Origin: Cyanophora paradoxa CCMP329
Taxonomy: Eukaryota; Plantae; Glaucophyta
Length of the DNA: 64,000 bases
Reading direction: 5' to 3'
Assembly (NCBI GenBank): GCA_004431415.1
Contig: QPMI01000121.1
Span: 62,001-126,000, forward strand
Part shown: positions 38,142 to 47,420 of the stretch, one piece after another
How the letters are laid out: each line of letters begins with the position of its first letter
Position numbering within the stretch: position 1 is the first letter of the stretch
Program-made: the position numbers and the translations under genes
Notes under the pieces: model-generated
What the model saw: only the letters and a program-made list of their open reading frames with translations
The model's database searches: none
What the model was told of the DNA's origin: nothing

Positions 38142-39368
38142 TTAAAAGTTGGAAACTTTCAGTGTCGAAATGTTATAGCCATTGAGAACCATGACATTAT
38201 GACGGAGCGCGTAAATGTCTACTTGGACAGGCGCAGCATCAGTGCAACCGGAAACAGTGAGATCCATGTAAGAACTCGAACTATTAAAGAAATCCTGATA
38301 ACCCATGACTGAATTATGGAGCGAATCCTTACCAGATTTTGAAAGAACCACACCATAGATACATGCGTTTTCAAAACCAAACACAGTATTACCGACGGTC
38401 GCGCCTTTGTAATGCGATGGGATATGGTTAGCAGCAGAAAGGAAACCAGAAATGGGTTTATTAGAGATTTCAAGCGATCGGTTATTGTGGAAAATTTGGA
38501 ACTCATCGATTTTAACAGCAGATCCCACACCGTAGAAATCAGAGTGAGTGTGTTTATCCAGTTTGTTAACATCCCGAACAGTCATTAGGATAGAATGCAC
38601 CAGACCGGAAACGTTAGCAAGTGTAACCTCTACCGCCTCACCAGAATCGGCAGTTTTCAGTGATCGCGTCTTTTTATGAATGACTTCCGTAATCGGGATA
38701 CGAATGCCTCCCTGTTCATTCGCCATTTTAAGAAGACTTTCAGCCTCCGCAGATGCAATGTTAACGAATTGACAGATTAGCCCGCAATCACTCACGGTAA
38801 CAGTTCCACCAGCAGGAACGTTAACTACCGCAGCCTCGCGAAAATCGACCTCGATGGTGGGCATATCCGCAAGAACGCAAAGTGGGAAATACGCATCATC
38901 CCAGAAAGCCGCCGGAATCTTAATTACGTATTCAATCGACTTGTTGGTAATTTCACGGGTGGTTTCCTCACCTACACCCAGTGACATAAACATAGTGCTT
39001 AGCGTCGCATTATCATTATCAATCAGAGTGTTTACAGTGATCCAATCACCAGGGATGATATACTTAAACCCACCATGGACAAAGCGAACTTCTTTAATGT
39101 AAGAAGGGCCACCATTGGGAAGATCACAAGCAACACCACCACCAGTAGTAACCTTAAAGTAAAGCGAAACGCCACTTAGTAGTTGCTTGCGTGGTAGATC
39201 AAAATAAGCGGTTGTTTTGAAACCGAAAGTGTTACCACGTGGGCGAACCTGTTCAAGGAACGGCTTATATTTGGGGTTGGTTCCGATTTGGAGACCGGGT
39301 GATAGATAAATTTGATCCGATCCGGGAGTAACGAGGAGTTCTTTAAGGGTCGTTCCAGTAAGCGCCAT
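38142..39368 (-). CDS. Double jelly-roll major capsid protein (408 aa)
   Basis: FG...YFDLPRKQLLSGVSL, IKEVRFVHGG, IP..FW...FPL, IYGVVLS...GYQDF and C-terminal VDIYALRHNVMVLNG. Sits between the ATPase and the penton. Confidence 0.85.
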   Translation of the reverse strand: MALTGTTLKELLVTPGSDQIYLSPGLQIGTNPKYKPFLEQVRPRGNTFGFKTTAYFDLPRKQLLSGVSLYFKVTTGGGVACDLPNGGPSYIKEVRFVHGGFKYIIPGDWITVNTLIDNDNATLSTMFMSLGVGEETTREITNKSIEYVIKIPAAFWDDAYFPLCVLADMPTIEVDFREAAVVNVPAGGTVTVSDCGLICQFVNIASAEAESLLKMANEQGGIRIPITEVIHKKTRSLKTADSGEAVEVTLANVSGLVHSILMTVRDVNKLDKHTHSDFYGVGSAVKIDEFQIFHNNRSLEISNKPISGFLSAANHIPSHYKGATVGNTVFGFENACIYGVVLSKSGKDSLHNSVMGYQDFFNSSSSYMDLTVSGCTDAAPVQVDIYALRHNVMVLNGYNISTLKVSNF

Positions 39369-39420
39369 GTCTTATGTTTAAAATACGAAAAGAAATTTTT
39401 AAATTACATTATTAAACAGA

Positions 39421-40353
39421 ATGATGAGGTCTCCGACCGACATTAGCGGACGCTCGCGTTACTATCTAAATATTGATTCCCGGGATCGGGATGATGGAAC
39501 CCCCACAAACTATTCTTATAAACTTCCCCATGCAATCCAAAATGTTAAAGCGTGTCGTGTTACCAATTTCGAAATGTTCAATAACATTTACAATCTCAGC
39601 GAAAATGGAGCGCTCGTAACCTCTACACTCGATGGACAAGGGGCAACCAAAACTAAAACGAATTCAATTTCGAAAGGGACTTACACACCGGATAGTTTGG
39701 TGAATTATCTAAATGCTATTTTGCTGTCACAAGTCTACGGCGCATCCGGGACTACTTACACCCGTCATTTCAGTGTGTCTTATGATCCTATTACGATGAA
39801 ACTTAGGATACTCGGCGAAGTTGAATTTACTATACGATTTGGTAACATGATTTTAGCCAATTTCTTAGGTTTCCCGGAACCTTCCATAAGTGGTTCAGGT
39901 TTAGGTTATCCATCTACCGCTCTCGATTCACCACAGCAAGTAGGTGCTTATACTTATAATCATTACCTCGATAGTGTTAATCCACTCGACCTTCTGTTTA
40001 ATTCTTACATCCTTCTACATGTTGATCCACTCAAAGGCAATTATGTAAGCAAGAATACCAGCGACGATAAAGCGCTTGCTAAAATTGAGATTGACCAGAC
40101 GGTAGGTAGTCTTCTAAAATACGATTCTACAAATAACTCTATGATCATCCATGAGCAAAACGGATTAGTGGAAGTTGAGACGCTAAAAGTGCGTTTGACG
40201 TATTGGAATGGTAACGAAACGGACATTACCACGGATTGGTCGATGACCTTAGAACTGATCACCGAAGATGAAAAGGATCTTACAAAAGCAGCATTGAAAA
40301 ACGTTATAAGAGATTTGGAAAATGTCTATTTACCATTCGGTCGTAATATGTAA
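39421..40353 (+). CDS. Minor capsid (penton, single jelly-roll) protein
   Basis: N-terminal LNIDSRDR...PTNYSYKLP..IQNV...N.IYN and C-terminal LKVRLTYWNG...DWSMTLEL. Confidence 0.8.
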   Translation: MMRSPTDISGRSRYYLNIDSRDRDDGTPTNYSYKLPHAIQNVKACRVTNFEMFNNIYNLSENGALVTSTLDGQGATKTKTNSISKGTYTPDSLVNYLNAILLSQVYGASGTTYTRHFSVSYDPITMKLRILGEVEFTIRFGNMILANFLGFPEPSISGSGLGYPSTALDSPQQVGAYTYNHYLDSVNPLDLLFNSYILLHVDPLKGNYVSKNTSDDKALAKIEIDQTVGSLLKYDSTNNSMIIHEQNGLVEVETLKVRLTYWNGNETDITTDWSMTLELITEDEKDLTKAALKNVIRDLENVYLPFGRNM

Positions 40354-40385
40354 TTTTGCATTATATTTTTGTCTTGTTATTTCAA

Positions 40386-41150
40386 ATGGCTCGCAAGACA
40401 CAACCAAAGAACTACTTAGCCAAACCAGCGGCAATAGCTGATGTTGGAGATGGTGATATGAAAGGGAGGAATTGGTATAAGAAATCAAAGGGTGTCGGGG
40501 CGCTCGGTAATGGTGATATTGAGCGTGATGTTCACAAAGATAGGAACCAGTTTACGACAGCATCCACAAATGATATTAACGATGGTAACGCCCTCATTGA
40601 GCAAGTGCCGCTAAACCGTATGCCCGGTGCTAAACGTGGGATTAAGAAAGGACAGTTTAAGAGTTCCACCGTTGATGCGGTTAACAAAAAGTCGACTCTT
40701 CTTAAACTTCTCGATGGCGGCGAGCGTCTATATTCCACCTTTTCGGAAAAAGACCACCGTAACCGTTACTTTATCAGAGCAGCCACCGGTGGACTAAAAA
40801 CGATTACTTATAAACACGCTAAAAGTCTCGTTGAGGGAATCGCCGATGAGACGCAGAAAGAAAAGAAGATAACGGAGCAACCGATAACCAAAGAGAAGGT
40901 AGACAAGAAACCAGATGTTACGTTTGATGTCCTTCCCGATCCAATCAAAGAGGAGAAACACACACCGACGGAATTGATCGCTAAAACGATCGAGTATCAA
41001 GAATCCAATAAAACAGATTTACCGGTGTTAAATAAGTCTATCTTACGGGTTGCTACATCGCAATCTGACCCGCTTAACTCGATTCCCAAAGCGGCGGCGA
41101 TGATTTCCGGATTTGCTAAATTGGGTCTCCGTCCAGGATACAAACGTTAA
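40386..41150 (+). CDS. Viral basic hypothetical protein (possible core/virion protein)
   Basis: Lys-rich ORF directly after the penton. ATG 40386 is preferred over the TTG start given in the track. Confidence 0.65.
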   Translation: MARKTQPKNYLAKPAAIADVGDGDMKGRNWYKKSKGVGALGNGDIERDVHKDRNQFTTASTNDINDGNALIEQVPLNRMPGAKRGIKKGQFKSSTVDAVNKKSTLLKLLDGGERLYSTFSEKDHRNRYFIRAATGGLKTITYKHAKSLVEGIADETQKEKKITEQPITKEKVDKKPDVTFDVLPDPIKEEKHTPTELIAKTIEYQESNKTDLPVLNKSILRVATSQSDPLNSIPKAAAMISGFAKLGLRPGYKR

Positions 41151-41511
41151 GCGACGGCAACGCAAGCGTGTGCCTTTTGCTCACGCATCATTCTCACGTT
41201 AAAATTTTCTTTTCAAAGAATAGCGTTAAACATCCATCTCCGAATTTTAACGCTCACGTTTACTTATTTTTATAAGTGGCGTTGTAGAGAAGTTGTGAAA
41301 ATCCATGATTTTTAAACTTTTTAATCACCTGTTCTACGGGGTTCATTCGTAGAATCGAGGAAGCGAAGACTTTCGGCTTATTTTTCCGGCATCTTCTTTA
41401 TAACGGTGCGCAAAAAATGACGGCGTTTTTAAAAACTGATCGACGTGTTATATACACGATAAGAAAAGGACTTAAAGATTTCTTGCTATATATCAGAAGA
41501 GGAACAAGAGA

Positions 41512-41766
41512 ATGCCGCTAAGCGAATCTCAGAAACGCGCGATTTATCGCTACCGCAGCACAGAAAAGGGTATGTTAGCGCTTGCGCGATTCAATGAAAA
41601 ACGCAATGTAAAATGGAGTGAGTTGTATAATAACGATGACGCATTTAGACAGAAACACATAGCGACCTCGTGTAAGGCACAGTATGTAAATAACACGATT
41701 CTATATATTAAATATCTCTTTGACGTCCCGCGAACGAATCGTGGGCGTCCATCAATTCACTGTTAA
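41512..41766 (+). CDS. Small basic putative DNA-binding protein (84 aa)
   Basis: Starts MPLSESQKRAIYRYR and has a C-terminal RGRP (AT-hook-like). Upstream CAAAAAATGACG and ACTTAAAGA motifs. Confidence 0.65.
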   Translation: MPLSESQKRAIYRYRSTEKGMLALARFNEKRNVKWSELYNNDDAFRQKHIATSCKAQYVNNTILYIKYLFDVPRTNRGRPSIHC

Positions 41767-42000
41767 TTCTTTTTCCTTGGCGCGATCGCTGAGGAAGACA
41801 AGGCGCAACCGCGCTTAAACATTGTTAAAGTGTTTGAGTTATTTTTAAGACCATCAAATGGTGGTCGACCCTTTTGTTATTTTTATTAAACCCTCAAAAG
41901 CGGATTTTGTGGATTTTGCGGTGGCGCCAAAAAATGACGCAATGTATAAAAAGCACTTAAAGAAATAAAATATAGTGTATATAATAAGAACGCCTATAAG

Positions 42001-45000
42001 ATGTTTTCATTTGCAACAGTGAAGAATATCATCGGATCTGTGGTAGAGTCCGTTAGCAATCTACCCGGTATTCGCAGCATCCCGTTTATCGGTAATGCAA
42101 TTAAGCGAATCGCTAATGACCGTTTCGAAAGAGTCGTAAAGGAACTCGAAGCAAGGAAGAGTGAGAAGAAGGAGAAGACTAAGGAGGAAATCCGCGCAGA
42201 GCGGAAGAAGCGCAAGCAGGAGAAGAAGGAGAAGCGCGCACTGAGAACGATTAAGAACATTCAGAAGCAAGAAGGGAAGAAGTTCAAGGGAAAGGTAAGG
42301 CGTCTCATTCGTCGTATTGAAGCAGAAAATGGCGAAACTGTTTCGGTTCACGTAAGGTTCTATGCACTTCCCGATGATATCGATAATCTACCCCAAAACC
42401 GCGATGTAGTCTTACACAAAGACACGCCTTATGTTGAGACACAGAAGAGCGGAAAAAGGGCGTTAATTATGACTTGCCCGAAAGACGTATTAATTGCAAG
42501 ACTCGCCGAAGTGGAAGACGAATTTAATAACTTCCTTGCCGTTTGGGAAATCGATAATATCGCCACTTTCCTACTAAACATCGCGGATCGTAACGCAAAT
42601 AACAGGGATTACAATTATGTGAAAATTTTCGCTAACCCACAAGTGAATGGCTCCGATATTCCGTATCCCGATGTTATGTCTATCGAAGAAATCGTAGTAA
42701 GTGACAATACCACGGTATACCCTCTGAATGAAAGAGCGCTTAGAGACGGAGAGGCGCCTAAGATCGTTTCGCGTTTCATCAAATATACCCTTAATGGTGG
42801 CGCAAAATCTGTATTGGATCAGATTAAACCCGATGAGTCGCTTATCATCAAGGATTGCTTAATAGAGGCGTTACATCAGGTCATCGTGAAATCTTTCGAA
42901 TATGCCCACAGTATCAGCAAATACAAGAAGGTCAATTATTCGAAGGAATGGCTTTATGAGCAGATCAAAGGACACGCGCCTAATGAAACATCCGATTGGG
43001 GGACGTCCTTTAACGAAATACTACCATTCTTGCAAAAGTGGCGCATCCGCTTTATCGCAATCGGAAAAGACGATAAGGTTATCCATTCTCTGTGCTACAA
43101 ACCTACCCGGACAAATTCACATCTTGTCCCAGCAAGCGTTTACGTTCAGATCTCTAACGATCACGTGTATGTGTTGAATAAAGACCTTAGTAAACTCGTG
43201 CGATCTTTCAATGGAACAGCGGCGCGTGAAACCAAAGCGGTGGGTTCATCCTCGCTAAAATACAAGATCAAAACACAGTTTAACGATATCAGCCATCCAG
43301 CATACTCTGAGGAAGAAATAGTGGAGATTGTTAAACGCGAGAAGGAGAACAACGCCACAAAAGTTACGATCACTTACAGTAAGCCGTTATTCGAATTGTT
43401 GGGAAGTTTCAGAAAAGCGAACCACGAAGTTAACGCGACTATTTCCGATGAAGGTATAGTTAGCTACATCCATTACAAGATCGAAGACATCGATGTATGT
43501 ATATTACCACCCGGCAACATGGTAAATATGGATGATGTTGACGTTAACCTTAGGGATGAAGAACACCGGAAACTCTTTAACGAAATGTCGCAGATGATGA
43601 ATCGCGCGCTCATTAACAGGAATGTTAAGAGCAAATACAACCCTGAGACATTCACGGCATTCACGAAAGGACAACAGAGCGCATTAAATGGGTTTTTCGC
43701 GACTTCTACCGCTGAATTGCAGCAATTATTCGAAGGTGTTATGTATGGCGCATTCGATACGCATAAATTGGATATCTCCAAAGCATACACACATATCGTA
43801 TCGAAACTCATTAAAAACTTCCCGGTGTTTAGTTCATTCGATCGATTCGAAAAGGTCGTGGTAACATGTAGCGATGATATCGAAGTGGACGCCTTCTATT
43901 CGGTGAAAGTAAGAGCAAAACACTTTACGGTAAATCGCAAAGACCAATTAATTAACAACATGTCGCAATACAAACGTATCCTTGTAGACTCAAAATTTAA
44001 CCTTCTGTATGGTGCAGTGTTAAAAGAGTTCTACGATGACATCCGCGACGATGTGATTATCGAAGCAGTGGTAAGACCATACCGGGTTGTTAAAAACGTC
44101 ACGTTGCAGGCTTTCAAGCAGTTGTTTGCGTCTAATCTTTCGATCAAGGAAAAGAAGGATATCAGTAATCATACTATCGGGAAGTTTGGTAAGAAATCCC
44201 AGCGAAAAATCCAAACGACGATATTCTTTAACAAGAACGACGCGCTTAACTTTGTTCAAGAGAACGGCGGTAAATTGAGATCGCTTAATTTCGATTCAAA
44301 GAAGCCAAAGCGGACGACTGTAAGGAATGAGGCAAAGACAGAGACACCGATGTTATGGTATGTAAACCAGGAAGGAGAAGAGAAGATGCTTATAGATGGT
44401 TTCCTACCTATCCAGTGTCAGATTTACAGTATCATGCGTGGGATCATGTATAAACTTGCTAAGGATCTAAGAGCTGATGGTGTCGGAGTTCTACGCATCA
44501 GAACCGATGAGTTTCTTATAGACAAGCCATACCCATTTGAGCCGTTTGACCGTGACCTTTTCGAGAACACCGGAAAGTATGACGTGAAACCGTTTAATCT
44601 TGCTCCGATCGCGTCACAGCAGTCAAAGAAGAAGAAGCGGAATAATGCTAATGGGTGGATCACATTCGACAGACTGAAACAGCGTGACGAGAGGTTTATT
44701 ACGGTCGAGAAGGTAAACCATAAGGTGTTCAAGTTCAAGGATGAATACAACGTGGAAGCCATTGTGAATGCTATGGAAGGAAAGGGTAACGTGATTATTC
44801 GAGGTGTTAAGCCCGGAACAGGTAAGACCACATTAGCGAAGGCGATGACACGGAAGTATGGTAAAAACTGTCTTTTCATTGCGCCTACTAACATTCGATG
44901 CAAGCAACTACGCATGGAATTGAAAAAGGAGTGGTGCGAAGTTGATATGGTCGATGTAAAGACCATCTACAAGTCATTACATCTGAATATCGACCCCGAG

Positions 45001-46101
45001 AAGATGAATGACAACGTAGGAAAACAGGTTACCGATTTATCCCGGTATCAGTGCTTTGTTATCGATGAGGTTTACCAGTTCCCCATTCGCGAATTGGAGG
45101 CGCTGAGAGACATTATGACTATCCATTTTCCGGATAAGTTGTATATCGTTACAGGTGATCCATTCCAGATCCCACCGATTCAATTTATCGACATTGACCA
45201 TCGCGACTACTACAATAAGATCTTTGACCGGTTGTTTAAGAATGAGGTTTATTTACAAGTCGGAAAGCGACACAAAGACCCCGAAGATCAGGTTAAAATA
45301 GATCAATTAAAACATGATCTATTCGTGGCTAAAATGCGTGTTCCGGAGGCAGCGGCGCGGTTAGGTCTTGCATTTGTGAATGAAATGGAAAAAGGCGACA
45401 TTTCCATAGTTCAATCTAACCGCAAGTCCGCGGAAGTGAATAATGCGATGCATAGGATGCTTTACGGTGTTGACATGGTTTATGAGGAAGGCGTGCATTT
45501 GATTGCAAAGTATCAAATCACAACAAATGAGGGTATCATTTATCGCGGATTTGAATATGAAGTAATCAAATACGAAGCTGAAAAAGTCCTTACGCTAAAA
45601 GACGTTGACACCGAAGAAATCTATAATGCGAAGCCCGAAGACATCAAATATTTCGCATTATCGCATGGTTTCACTTGTTACAGCATTCAAGGCGACACTA
45701 TCAGAGATAAACGGGTGGTTGTGTATCAGACTACCTCGCCATACATGACCGCTGAGAGTTTCTATGTTGCAGTTACGCGAACCGAAAGACTTTCTGACAC
45801 TGTGATTTTCGTAGATGAGGACGAAAGACGGAGAGTTGGTATGGAGAAGGTTGAGTTTGCCGTTAAAATCAGATCACACAAGGCGGAAGACAAGAAGTGT
45901 AACCGCGAGTTTGACGTGGCGGATTACATCGATTGGGAATGGAAGGGTTACCGCTTTGGTAAGCAGCATGGACGCTGTGGAAGGTGTGGCGATATTATGG
46001 ATTCGGAAGATGCGACAGTAGACCGTTATAACAACGCAATCGCCCACATTAAGCCGAACTGTTTCTTGTCTCATAATAGGTGTAATTGCGCAGCGCAGTA
46101 A
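42001..46101 (+). CDS. Replication polyprotein: divergent family-B polymerase fused to an SF1 (RecD/Pif1-like) helicase and a C-terminal HNH-like domain (1366 aa)
   Basis: PolB-like motifs LDISKAY, KKDISNHTIGKFG and RIRTDEF. Helicase motifs GVKPGTGKT, VIDEVYQ, GDPFQIPPI, TCYSIQGDT and YVAVTR. C-terminal CGRC..TVDRYNNAIAHIKPNC..SHNRCN. Confidence 0.85.
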   Translation: MFSFATVKNIIGSVVESVSNLPGIRSIPFIGNAIKRIANDRFERVVKELEARKSEKKEKTKEEIRAERKKRKQEKKEKRALRTIKNIQKQEGKKFKGKVRRLIRRIEAENGETVSVHVRFYALPDDIDNLPQNRDVVLHKDTPYVETQKSGKRALIMTCPKDVLIARLAEVEDEFNNFLAVWEIDNIATFLLNIADRNANNRDYNYVKIFANPQVNGSDIPYPDVMSIEEIVVSDNTTVYPLNERALRDGEAPKIVSRFIKYTLNGGAKSVLDQIKPDESLIIKDCLIEALHQVIVKSFEYAHSISKYKKVNYSKEWLYEQIKGHAPNETSDWGTSFNEILPFLQKWRIRFIAIGKDDKVIHSLCYKPTRTNSHLVPASVYVQISNDHVYVLNKDLSKLVRSFNGTAARETKAVGSSSLKYKIKTQFNDISHPAYSEEEIVEIVKREKENNATKVTITYSKPLFELLGSFRKANHEVNATISDEGIVSYIHYKIEDIDVCILPPGNMVNMDDVDVNLRDEEHRKLFNEMSQMMNRALINRNVKSKYNPETFTAFTKGQQSALNGFFATSTAELQQLFEGVMYGAFDTHKLDISKAYTHIVSKLIKNFPVFSSFDRFEKVVVTCSDDIEVDAFYSVKVRAKHFTVNRKDQLINNMSQYKRILVDSKFNLLYGAVLKEFYDDIRDDVIIEAVVRPYRVVKNVTLQAFKQLFASNLSIKEKKDISNHTIGKFGKKSQRKIQTTIFFNKNDALNFVQENGGKLRSLNFDSKKPKRTTVRNEAKTETPMLWYVNQEGEEKMLIDGFLPIQCQIYSIMRGIMYKLAKDLRADGVGVLRIRTDEFLIDKPYPFEPFDRDLFENTGKYDVKPFNLAPIASQQSKKKKRNNANGWITFDRLKQRDERFITVEKVNHKVFKFKDEYNVEAIVNAMEGKGNVIIRGVKPGTGKTTLAKAMTRKYGKNCLFIAPTNIRCKQLRMELKKEWCEVDMVDVKTIYKSLHLNIDPEKMNDNVGKQVTDLSRYQCFVIDEVYQFPIRELEALRDIMTIHFPDKLYIVTGDPFQIPPIQFIDIDHRDYYNKIFDRLFKNEVYLQVGKRHKDPEDQVKIDQLKHDLFVAKMRVPEAAARLGLAFVNEMEKGDISIVQSNRKSAEVNNAMHRMLYGVDMVYEEGVHLIAKYQITTNEGIIYRGFEYEVIKYEAEKVLTLKDVDTEEIYNAKPEDIKYFALSHGFTCYSIQGDTIRDKRVVVYQTTSPYMTAESFYVAVTRTERLSDTVIFVDEDERRRVGMEKVEFAVKIRSHKAEDKKCNREFDVADYIDWEWKGYRFGKQHGRCGRCGDIMDSEDATVDRYNNAIAHIKPNCFLSHNRCNCAAQ

Positions 46102-47159
46102 TGGATAACGTGTTATCTTACAAGAAATACCGGCAGAAGTTGATAAACGATAAAGTGACATTTGATGAAGCAGAATTAAAGAAACGTTTTATAAATTCGG
46201 AAGTGCATCAGATATTTAAGAAACCAAAGAAACCGAAGACATTTCTAAGAGTTGTTGCTATGCCTTATTCGTTTCAGGTGGACATAATGAATTTTAAAGG
46301 ATATCAAACCGCGAATAATGGGATTTACAAGATGATAAGTTTTATTGATATATTAAGTCGGAAGGCTTTCGTGTATCCGTTTAAGAAAAATGAAGAAATC
46401 CGCGAAATTTTGAATAAGTTTAAGGTTGAGGCAGGTAAGGTTAATGGATTGGCGGGGGATCATGAATTTAGCAGCGCAATTTATAAAGATTGGTGTGATG
46501 CTAACGGCGTAAGATTATACACAGATGTTGCGAAAGATGACCATGTAACAGTTGGTAATAAGTTGGGAATTATTGACAGATTCACACGGACTTTTAAGCA
46601 ATATTTGAGGAAGGCGATGACGGCAAAGGGAACCACGAAGTGGATAGATTTAATAGATGAAGTTCTTTCGATTTACAATAGTTCACCTCATAGTTCCTTA
46701 AAAGACGATTCACCCAATGCGGTATTTGCAAGTGATCAGAAACAGCTTTTTATACATCTACGTGATATTGTGCATAATAAGCATATTCAAGAGAAGGAAA
46801 AGAGGGATACAGTAAAACCGGGCGATACTGTGCGAGTGTTAGAAGGTAAAAAAAGTGCATTTGAAAAGGAAGGCGCGCGATTCAGTCAGAAGGTTTATAA
46901 AGTCGGAAGATCTGACGGGAATAGGTTTAAGATGTTGGAGGACATGGACGGAGACGAGAAGGAAGTAAAGAGACGCTTTAAGAAGCAAGAGTTACAGAAG
47001 GTGAATGTGAAAGACGTAATTAAGATACCGTCGCAAAAACGAATAGAACGAGTAAAAAAGGTAAATGCTGTGAATCAGAAGATGAAGAAGGAAGGAATTA
47101 AACCGAATCGAAAAGTAACCGTGAGGAAGAAGTATAATTTAAGGAAGGGTGTAATGTGA
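46101..47159 (+). CDS. Retroviral-type (rve) integrase, Polinton-like
   Basis: FQVDIM, FIDILSRKAF, AGDHEF, IIDRFTRTFK, YNSSPHSSL...P and KPGDTVRV. The ATG overlaps the upstream stop (TAATG). Confidence 0.9.
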   Translation: MDNVLSYKKYRQKLINDKVTFDEAELKKRFINSEVHQIFKKPKKPKTFLRVVAMPYSFQVDIMNFKGYQTANNGIYKMISFIDILSRKAFVYPFKKNEEIREILNKFKVEAGKVNGLAGDHEFSSAIYKDWCDANGVRLYTDVAKDDHVTVGNKLGIIDRFTRTFKQYLRKAMTAKGTTKWIDLIDEVLSIYNSSPHSSLKDDSPNAVFASDQKQLFIHLRDIVHNKHIQEKEKRDTVKPGDTVRVLEGKKSAFEKEGARFSQKVYKVGRSDGNRFKMLEDMDGDEKEVKRRFKKQELQKVNVKDVIKIPSQKRIERVKKVNAVNQKMKKEGIKPNRKVTVRKKYNLRKGVM

Positions 47160-47420
47160 AATGGGTGTAACGGGTGTAACTGTGAATGGTTTATGTGTAG
47201 TTATGGTTTGTTGTTTTTTATGGATTCAATCGATTAAATGGGTATTTCATCGATTGTTTTATATGTATATTGGTTGTATCATCGGGAATCTCTCGATTAA
47301 ATGGGTATTTCATCGATTGTTTTATCGTGAATATATTGTGTTATCGGGAATCGTAAAGTTGTTACTGAATGTCGTAAATAAAATGCGCTAAAATTTGGGT
47401 GTAATGCACACAAGTCAAGT
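47147..47420 (-). repeat. Right terminal inverted repeat (274 bp)
   Basis: Ends GTAATGCACACAAGTCAAGT and is the reverse complement of 35463-35736. Confidence 0.95.

Larger units (their letters stand above)
35463..47420. mobile_element. Endogenous Polinton-like virus, 11,958 bp, apparently intact
   Basis: Sharp switch to AT-rich, intronless, gene-dense DNA. 274-bp TIRs. Encodes ATPase, MCP, penton, PolB-helicase fusion and rve integrase. Its flanks rejoin to give the empty-site sequence seen at 26031-26050. Confidence 0.95.

Noticed and set aside
35463-47420. Bacterial prophage, contaminant or canonical virophage
   Set aside because: No phage head-tail genes and a precise insertion with TIRs. 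It lacks the cysteine protease, and its MCP is shorter than typical virophage MCPs.
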